Positions 51,811 to 64,000 of a stretch of 64,000 bases of DNA are shown piece by piece; the first letter of the stretch is position 1, and each line of letters starts with the position of its first letter. The translations under genes were made by a program, and so were the position numbers. Below the pieces are notes generated by a model. That model saw nothing but the letters and a program-made list of their open reading frames with translations, was not told where the DNA came from and searched no databases. The stretch comes from the human T2T-CHM13v2.0 reference genome, Homo sapiens. The stretch lies in the NCBI RefSeq assembly GCF_009914755.1, contig NC_060934.1. One strand, given 5' to 3'.

Positions 51811-54046
51811 TGTACACCAATACATTACCTTTTCCCCCCAAATGCATTAATGTTTTCTGAATTAATTTTATAATTCAAAATTAAATTTGCAATAGAGGTA
51901 CTCTTAAATTTGCTCTTGAAAAAATGAATCCTTTCTCAACACTTAAAAGACACTTCCCATTCATAAACTAAGCTAAAATACATTAACTTTTCCCCTCTCT
52001 CCATCCTTTACGTTTCATATTACTCAGGGAATGTAGCATGCATTAATTTTTCAAATTAAGATTTTGAACAAGAATTTCATTTGTCCTATCCCAGTGTACA
52101 CTGATATAATAATGGGTGGAATTAAGAAGTGCTCATCAATGGACCACAAAACCTAAGCAGGCTAGGGAAAGCAAGAGGAACAGTGTCGCAAAAGGCAAAC
52201 TGCCTGAGTTCAAATACCGGCTCTGCCATCACCTGCTCTATGATCTTGGGCAAATTATTCAACCTATCTGTGCCTTTGTTTCCCACCTACTGCAAGGGTA
52301 GTATGAGAAATGGTAATACAAATACAGCCCTTAGGGCAGTAACCATGAACAATAAATGCTCAGTAAATAACTATTACTGCTATTATAAGAATGAATCTTG
52401 CACTTTCTGTTGATAAATTACATAATGCTAGAGAATATTGGAGTTATCACGGAAGAACATTTAATTTAAACAGTTATCTTTAACTTATAGAGCTGACATT
52501 TAAGAGAAAATGTTCAGGTTGTTAGGTGCTCAAAGTCACCCCCACTCTTCAAAATGTCAAATAGAACTTTAAACAGCTGAAGACCAAGATAAAAATAGAA
52601 CACAGCATTTGTTTTTAAGAGCTGAATTCTAACCCTTCTGTCTCAAAGTAAATAACTGTAGAATATCCATTGCTCTTATTACTTCATAATCAATGCATCT
52701 TTCTTTAATAAATTTCTCCTCCTTATGTTTGGAGGGCGGTCATAGGAAACTGGTCTTGGGGTGAAAGGAGAAGTGAACTATTCCAACCTAATTTCTCACA
52801 AAGTGAACCAGAGTCCCAGTTCACTTCTCCCACACACAAGCACTTGGAACCTCCCTCTGCACATTTTGCTTGCATTTTTATGTAGCAAACACACATGTAT
52901 CCTGTGCAACATGCATTCTCTAACTGGAAAAGTAAGTAATAGTTACAAATGATATAACTATCAAAATTATAAAGTTCATGTTTAAAAAGGAGAAAATGCA
53001 CTTAGAGGAGGAAACATATCAGAACTCTTCAAATGAGAAATTAATAAGAAAATGAGCCCTCCTCAATATCATATTTACCAACAATGCTGGATTTATTAGA
53101 TACTGCTCATGTAATTAGTACAGTAGCCAAATCCAAGACAACCATAAGATTAGTCTGAAAATATGAAATGGAAATAGTTTCTCATTTCCCTTTGTTGTTA
53201 TAAAATACTTAATGAGTCAACTTGAATTCTATTACTGAATGTTTCTATTACAACCTCATTTTGAAAACAAAGCAATATAATGTTCATCTAGTATACTGAA
53301 GCCAATTAAAGAAACATATTCCAGTTCTAAATTTTTACTAACTTATTTATATCTAAGGAAGTTCTAAGGTTGTCAAGAAAAAGTGGTAGCAAATAACATA
53401 AATACTTAATGGTGCATTTCCACTGCCTATAAATACTAGCCAATTAGGAAAACCATACATTATTGCCTATACTGTCTTTTCACAACCAATCCTTTTTAAC
53501 TAATAGCAAAGCAATTTGTTATGCAGTTAAACCATTCCAAATTTCCAATAAGTTACAAAGCTTTAGGGCTAAAGGAAACACAGCCTTATGGATTTTTACA
53601 TCTGACCGTAGAAAACTTTAATCACCTTAAATTATGAGTCCTTTCTCTTTAATTCTAAATAAAGCTTTTTAAAAATCCAGTTTGCAAATCTATCTTATGA
53701 ATGTCATAAACAATTAACATTCCTTTAAATATTAAACCAACATTCTCAAAATATTTACATCCCATTTACTCAAATAAAAACTTTAAAAGTGAAATTAAAT
53801 TTCCCCAAAACACTTAAGTATTGACTGCAAATTTAAACTTCTTTCAATATTTAATTAAAATCATACTTCCAGTGAAAAACTGCTAATTTCATGACTTAAA
53901 TTTTAATTTCATCAGTATTCTATTCGTATCTTTACTCACTCTAACTTTTTAAACTCTCGTTTTGTTTCTTCTATACCCCTAACCCATTCCCCAATCTACC
54001 TCGAGATTATAAAGCAAATCTCAGACATCCTTTTATTTTGATCGAC

Positions 54047-55607
<1,561 letters not shown>

Positions 55608-55669
55608 TCATATAATCAAAATACTCTTATACAAATGTACTCTATGTTGCTACATATAAAAGTCATCAC

Positions 55670-55809
55670 CTCTTCTTCTGGCTCATTTACTTCACTTTCA
55701 TTTCCAGATTGTTCTTCTGTTTCAGCCCCACCTTCTTCTTCTTCTTCATCCTCTTCAAGATTTTCTCCTTCTGTCATAGAATCTTTTGAGTCTTTGTCAT
55801 TTACTAGGC
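55670..55809 (-). CDS. UPF2: UPF2 coding exon, acidic region, GLVNDKDS...EPEEE
   Basis: tttcaag|GC ... GAG|gtgatg; 140 nt, phase 1-0. Confidence 0.96.
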
Positions 55810-58354
55810 CTTGAAATGAGAAGGTGGAAATGGAAAAATACATTAAAAATAGACACAGGCTAGTTTTCTACACTATACCAATTCATGTAAAAGTATGCAT
55901 TAAGAATTCAACAGCCATTTTCTCAGAACAAAGGTAAAAGAATTAAAAACTACGGTGAGAAACATTTAAAAAACTAAATGTGTAGGCCTACATTTCAACA
56001 AATAAACACAACTAACAAAAAGCGAGAAAAAATAAGTGTATGTGTGTGTATACTTTTCCCTCTTTTCTTACAGCTTTAAATACTTGGATAATCTTGTATA
56101 TCTCAGTCTTGGACAAAGGTAGAAAACAGTAACAGATGAGGTACAGTCTCAGCCATATGTAAGATACAGCGTTGGCCACACTCTTTACCAAGTGAGATTT
56201 AAAGAGTCTCCAAAAACTCAAAAGACATGAAAAAAATCGTGCCACTTTAATGGAGAAATCATATGTGGCTATCAATTTGAATGTATGCAAATTAAGACGG
56301 GGGAATGGGGCAAAACGCCATAGCAGCTTTGTCACCATACAGACTAATTTTTTTTCTTCAATAACAGCATTCTCCTCCTAAGCCTAATGGAACTCCCTGG
56401 CCTGAATTTGCTTTCACCTCCTGTGTCCATCCCACATTTCACTGCCCAGTCAATTCTTCTTCCTGTTGGAATTCCAATCCACCCTCTCTACTTTTGATAT
56501 GCACACAATGTGGTCTCATCTGATCCCACTGATCTGCTACCCACTCCTCTCTCCTAAGCCCTCCCCTGAAGTTGCCTTAGACGTCTCCTGTCACAGAACA
56601 CACTGCTTTGAAATCTTGCTTGCCCAATATCCTTCTCAATAGAGAATACCCTTCAATATGCACTTTCAAATCCCATCCACTCTTCATGTTCAGTTTCAGT
56701 TTTACTTCCTGCATGAACTGTCAATGAGTACTTCAATCTATTACTTTTTCTCCTATTTGCTCCTAAAGCATGTGGAGAACTTACAGCATCTTACATTTGA
56801 TGATATAGCATGTTGTTATTTTTTCCTAACGATCTCATAAATATTACATCAGATTATAAGACCCCTGAGGACAAAGAACTTGTCTTAAATGTTCAAAACT
56901 TAAGACAGCCCATATATTAATAAATACACAGTAGGTGTTAAATAAATACCTGTTCATGCATAGAATCTTAGAGGATTCAAGCAGGAAGAAACTTTAGCGA
57001 TGATGTGATTTAACCCTCTCATTTCATGAATACTGCTTTGAACACTTCCAAACCAGAATTAAATAACATTGCCAATTACCATTTTAGTTTTGTTCTTAAA
57101 TTAAAATAAAAATCTGAGCCAGTAATCCTATCTATCCTGAGAAAATCACAGGTACACTAAAAATATTATTTACAGTGGTATAAAACTAGAATCAACCTAA
57201 GAGTGAAACAGCTGTATTAAGTAAATTATGGCACATAGATACAAATGAATACAGCCAATTACAAAACAAAAAATAAAGCTTTAAGAGAATATGTGTAATG
57301 TCAAGAAAAAATTTCATAATGTATTAAGTAGAACCAATTGGTTAGAAAATCACAAACACAAAAAAAATTTAAAAAGAGTAGAAAAATATGTATTAAAATA
57401 TTAACACGATTATCTTTCTGTATGGAATATTGGTATTGCTTTCTTGGTTTTTTAAAAATTACTGTCATGAACACATTACTTTTAATACTATTAAAAGTTA
57501 TTTTTAAAATATGATAAAAATGGTTTTAGTGTTTTCCAATTAACTATTATGTTAACATTGGGATACTATAAAACTAACATGAGACAATGAATTTTCAGGT
57601 GTCTGAAAACAAAAAACTACCAAAGGCACAATACTGTATTATCTTTTGGTTTATCAGTAGGAAACGGATTTAATATTGATTTTTCTGCATACGTCTTCTT
57701 CCTCAACCAGGAAGCAAATGGAGACTTGGGAGTGCACTGATTGCGGCCGCTACCATCTTTAGAGTTTCATTCACAAACAGCGATCTATTTTTACCTCCAT
57801 ATTCTAAACAAGGACAAAGTCCTCACAAGAAGCCTGCAGTCCTTTAATTTAGCCTTTTGATCTACAAAGGACAAAGCACAACTGTTCTCTTTTCTGTCAC
57901 TAAACTAGGTGTCACACTAATATTTACTCATGTCCACTATACAGAGAATACCATTCATGCAGGTTTTTGGGAAACAAGGCTAAGACTTAACAATTTTCCA
58001 AGGATCCAAAGCAAGTGAAATAAGTTCATAAATACTCTGCTCAATATGAGATCATGTATTCAATTAGAAATTTCAAAAGGAAAAGAAAGTAGGTAACTTG
58101 GAAAAAGGTTCAAAGAACAAAAAGAATCATATATGTCTTTACGGGTTAAGTTGTAGGAAAAGTTAATACTTGCACAATCAGTAGCAGCACTTGTAAAACC
58201 TTTACCATGAAAAGTGGTTCTTCAGATATGCGATGTCGTAAATTTATATAATTTGCATAACTGGCGAAAGTAAAGATCCCTTAATGACAGACATGAATGT
58301 ACCAAGTTCTAGTGGGAAATCAAACACTAGCTTAATAGTCTGAAAACGGGTCAC

Positions 58355-58663
58355 TTTTTATTTATTTACTTTATTTTTTTGAGATGGAGTTTCGCTCTTG
58401 TTACCCAGGCTGTAGTGCAATGGCGTGATCTTGGCTCACTCCAACCTCCGTCTCCCGGGTTCAAGCGATTCTCCTGCCTCAGCCTCCTGAGTAGCTGGGA
58501 TTACAGGTGTGCGCCAACATTCCTGGATAATTTTTGTATTTTTAGTAGAGATGGGGTTTTGCCATGTTGGCCAGGCTGGTCTCAAACTCCTGACCTCAGG
58601 TGATCTGCCTGCCTCGGCCTCCCAAAGTGCTGGGATTACAAGTGTGAACCACCACACCTGGCC
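58355..58663 (-). mobile_element. AluS
   Basis: TSD aaaacg(g/t)gtcacttt. Confidence 0.93.
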
Positions 58664-59366
58664 AAAACGTGTCACTTTAAAATGACTACAATAAAACATG
58701 CTAAGAACTATCAGCATATAAACCAGATTGGTATGGCTATACTTTGTACTGGTTATTTCTAAAGACATATAGGTTCCTGCAGCTCTAGTGGAAGCTGTTC
58801 AAGAGTTAACTCTTCTCCCCAAAACAACCTCAGGATACTAAAGTATATAGAGAACCTTCTAATTATCTCTAGATTTTCTCTAGTCCTTAGAGACAGAAGC
58901 AACTCTGCCAGTGGGTAAGCTCTGAAATCCTGTAGGGTAGAGTTCCAAACTTCTGACAGGTACTCCCTTCTACAGTTTCTTTGCTTGCACTTTCTAGGAA
59001 ATAATGCCTGTTGAAAATATATACGCAAAAATAAGAAATGCTTTAATAAAAAATAGATTTTATATTAGCAACCAAAAATTCTAAAAGTAAGAGAGGTAGA
59101 CAGGATTGTGGGTTTTTTTTCCCCCATCACTGTCACCTGCTTCAAGTCCTGTCCTGCAAGTCCTGCTTAACTGTTGTCCTCCGGTTTGAAATTACTTAGT
59201 GAAATCAAGCACACCACACAGGCATTACCTAACACTACTACGTAACACTCAACACCGAAAATAGAAAAGATACAATGTAAGCTCTGACTGGTAACATTAT
59301 AAAGCAAATTCCAGAAATAATCTGCCAAATATCACCTTCATTTTCTGTCTGCAATCAATTGCTTAC

Positions 59367-59550
59367 CTAGTTTTATTAAGAATTCTCGTTCCAAGTCTTG
59401 TACCTGCCTGATGGATTCTTCCAGAGAATTACAGAGTTTGATCTTTGGTCTTAGCAGTTCTAGTGTATCACTGATCATGTAATCTATATCAATAGGAAAT
59501 GGATGGTCTTTTGTCCAAACCTCCAAACTTTTCTTCCACCAAACATAACG
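59367..59550 (-). CDS. UPF2: UPF2 coding exon, end of MIF4G-3, RYVWWKK...FLIKL(G)
   Basis: ttatcag|CGT ... CTAG|gtaagc; 184 nt, phase 0-1. Confidence 0.97.
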
Positions 59551-59765
59551 CTGATAACAAATGAAAAATAAATTTAGCTATAAGAAATTAGTAACAAAAT
59601 ATTTTAAAATAATAAACTATATTGTGCTGTTTCCCAGTTATAACTACTAAGCTGAAAGGTTATAAAAGACACTTACCATTTCTATTAATGGTCAACAGCA
59701 ATGATCCTATTCCAATCATTTCCCTCTGTCTATACAGGTCTTGAGCTATTTGGTGAATTTACTAA

Positions 59766-60191
<426 letters not shown>

Positions 60192-60519
60192 TTAACCAAA
60201 TTCAAAGCCATCGTTGTGATAATGTTCATTATTTTCTCTGTGCTACTTGCTTTGATTTTTGAAGAGTTAAAGTATCTGAAAATACGGTTTTTGAAATATA
60301 TAAAAATCACTAATCATCAACAAGCATTTATTGAATATCTACTGTGTATATGGCATGGTGTGGATATTTTCCCTCTCTACTCCAAGCCTGGTTCCCACAT
60401 TCTATTTTATACTTGTTTTAATTCCTAAATTTACATTAACTGAAAGCACAACCCAAGAATTTACTAGTATATGAACAGGTATTCCTCTGGGAGTTTTACT
60501 CTTCCTCTCCAGTTTGTTC

Positions 60520-60672
60520 CAGGTCCTTGCTACTCCAAGTGTGGACCTCATCTGGGAGCTTCTTAGAAATGTAGAATCTCAGGCCTCCCCCTAGGTCAAC
60601 TGAATCAGAATCTGCATCTTTACAAAGTCCCCAGGGGACATGGATGCACAGGAAAGTTTAAAAGCACTGCTC
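60520..60672 (+). mobile_element. MER5A
   Basis: ctgggagcttcttagaaatgtagaatctcaggcc...tgaatcagaatctgcat...aagtttaaaagcactg. Confidence 0.8.
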
Positions 60673-61641
60673 CAGGGGATCCTTTCTTCCTGACCTTCTA
60701 ATACTAAACTGTACACTCCATGTTCTGGGTGAAACACACAGACCTCATCACCCAGGCCTCACTCACTTCTGACTCCAATTCCTAGGTATGGCTCTGTTAC
60801 ACATTTTTGTCTGTTAATCAGTTTGGAAAATATTTTTGTCTCTTTTGGCTCCTGAATATTTCTGAGTGTTTCTTTTCTCTCAGCCTAAGATGTCAGAGTG
60901 AATCGAAAGGATTCTCTTCTGAGAGAGATTCTACTTTGGATGCTGTTATAGCTGCCATTTTGCAGCAAAACTCTGGCTTTTAATACAGTATCCAACTTAA
61001 GATGGTCCTTACATACAACAGGGACTGCAACCCTCAAATCTGCAAGTCCTTTTCCCCACTTTTTGCTCATCAATTCAGAAAGTAAGGGAGTAATAGGTTT
61101 CCCTCTACTGCAAAAGAATAGCGGTAGGAGCAAGCTAACAGACCGCAATTCCCGAAGAATATTTACCCCCAACTTAACACACGCCACCATGTGGATGTAT
61201 TTTTGATACTTCAAGTTACATTAAACTTATTTTCTTCATAATGGGTAAATGAAAATACTAACAATTGTGATTATATAGAATCGAATGGTACTATCACCAC
61301 TTAGTAAAACTTAAAGCACTTGATAGTGAGTTGTTCACCCTAATTGGCACTTAGAAAATTGTATTTTATGGGAAATAGTAATTGGGCTCCAACTAATCAA
61401 CCTATAAGTTAACCTCTGAAATACAAACTTTATAGAGGTTGTAGTACTGTCCCTGTATTTGTATATGAATTTAATTTATATTGTGCTTGGTCTAAATCAC
61501 AAGTTTATATAATAACCCAACATTAAGATATGGAAAACACAACCCAAGAATTTACAAATAAATGAACAAATATTCTTACTGTATTAAAAATAACACATTT
61601 TCCTCAAAAATGATAGGTTTTCTTTTTTTAAAAAAAAATTA

Positions 61642-62125
<484 letters not shown>

Positions 62126-62521
62126 ACAAGAATTTGAGATGTAAACCAGAATATACATGAGTGAGAAGAGAACATTAACAAATGTATTACAAATCACAAG
62201 TAATTTAATCAATAAATTACTGTATTAAATATCACGGTCCATAAATTACTGAACCAAATTTATAAACTGTATGAAAACAACTCCCAAAATTAATGACCAA
62301 TCATTATCAATCATAAAAGTTATATGCAATGAGAATGTTCATACAATAGAATCCATCATATATCTTTAAATTTCCAAAAGCATTCTTATATGAAGAATAT
62401 AATCTAATTATGAACATATATATAATATATGAATACCATAACGTTTCTTCTCTCATAGTATTCTTTTAAAACACATGCAATATGTTAAATGATGCCAAAC
62501 TGAATATTTCAGCTTATATAC

Positions 62522-62797
62522 CTGAAAATATACAAGGAAACAATCAAGTTTTCGTTTACTGGAACCTCTGTCAAAGTACTGGCCACATGTGTCCAGAATA
62601 GTGCATACGAGTCTAATTCTGAAAAGATGCTCAGGTGGGTCCAGGGAACTTGGAGAGCCATCAGGATTAACACCAAATGAGGTAAAAGAATACAGAGTTC
62701 TGAAAATAACAGCTGATTCCACCATTCGGTAATTGTAAAGTTCTCCTAAGAACTTGGCACTGCTGATGCGCCTCTGATTAAATTTAGGTTGATTAAC
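62522..62797 (-). CDS. UPF2: UPF2 coding exon, MIF4G-3, VNQPKFNQRR...FLVYFQ
   Basis: ttttag|GTT ... CAG|gtatat; 276 nt, in frame with neighbours. Confidence 0.97.
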
Positions 62798-63150
62798 CTA
62801 AAAGGCAACAAAACCACAGATTTTCATTAAAGAGGAGTAGTGTATATGAAAACAGGTTAAACTTGTCTCTGTAACTTGAAAATATCTATTACTGAAAGAA
62901 CACTGAATAGAGAAATGACAGATCTTTTCTAATAAACTGGTTACTTCTAGGTGTCCTTTTCTCTCTCTAGGAAATGGCTATCTTTAAAGTGTTTTCATAA
63001 AAAGAACATGTTAGGTATTAAATTTAGCTATCATTACATGAATTGTTTCTAAAACAGTTAAAATGTAATTCTACCCTTAACCTATTTTCTCTGCCATCAG
63101 TGAATTAAGGAAACAATAAATCTGGGTTTTACAGTAAGAGGAAACTGTTA

Positions 63151-63504
<354 letters not shown>

Positions 63505-63609
63505 CTAATAAATTTACAGATTCCTATAACTTGAGTCTCAATAGTAACCTAGAAATAATAAATTCTCCACGAATTCCAGTTGTGTGACATTAAAGGAAGT
63601 CTTGTTTAC

Positions 63610-63813
63610 CTCCATTCCTAATCGAATATCTTCTAACACTCCATCCACAACGTGGATCCCAACATCCTCTTGGTAGAGCACTAGTCCTGCTAAGAGGTTG
63701 GCTACACAATGAATACTATTATATTTCACATTCCAGATGTTTATCATACAACAAATAACATAGTCTTTCACTTCTTGGTCCTGCCAGGGCAGCTTTCGCA
63801 TCTGTCTCAAAAC
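63610..63813 (-). CDS. UPF2: UPF2 coding exon (10th from last), MIF4G-3 domain, VLRQMRKLPW...DIRLGME
   Basis: Translation recognised as UPF2; acceptor tttttag|GTT, donor GAG|gtaaac; 204 nt, phase 0-0. Confidence 0.97.
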
Positions 63814-64000
63814 CTAAAAAAAGAGAATTTTGTTCAAATTATTAAGATAAGTACACAGTAGCCTGACCAAATAATACAGAAATTTTGCTATGATTGCGCA
63901 GAGAACTTTTGAAATAGAAAATACATTAGAAATCCTCTATCGGCCTCTTCAGAAATAGAAAAACTGAGACTTTCTAATTACAATAAAATGTATTATCATC

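Noticed and set aside
60885-61214. 109-aa intronic ORF on the UPF2 strand
   Set aside because: Non-ATG start, not part of the UPF2 protein, no convincing splice sites on that strand

Overview
Human-type (primate) genomic DNA, dense in Alus (about 55 copies, roughly a quarter of the window). The right 36 kb hold the 3' part of UPF2, a nonsense-mediated decay (NMD) factor, on the minus strand. Ten coding exons, all joined by GT-AG introns, splice into one open frame of 1449 nt: part of the MIF4G-3 domain, the acidic tract, the UPF1-binding region and the end ...KTGGRRR*. A ~1.27 kb 3'UTR with two AATAAA signals follows. The left 27 kb is intergenic and GC-richer. It has a CpG-rich promoter-like region with a degenerate ~24-bp ETS-motif minisatellite (probably the PROSER2-AS1 5' end, from recalled gene order), old L1s, a Z-DNA tract, and a remodelled Alu-mediated tandem duplication at ~18.9-25.4 kb. 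Best leads, all inferences that need RNA data: (1) read-through of the last UPF2 donor gives an immediate in-frame stop with an intronic AATAAA 50 nt later, i.e. near-full-length UPF2 with a tiny 3'UTR; (2) a candidate stop-containing poison exon at 57693-57803; (3) inverted Alus around a stop-free 324-nt two-exon unit, a circRNA candidate. Most ORFs in the supplied track are Alu or low-complexity artefacts.
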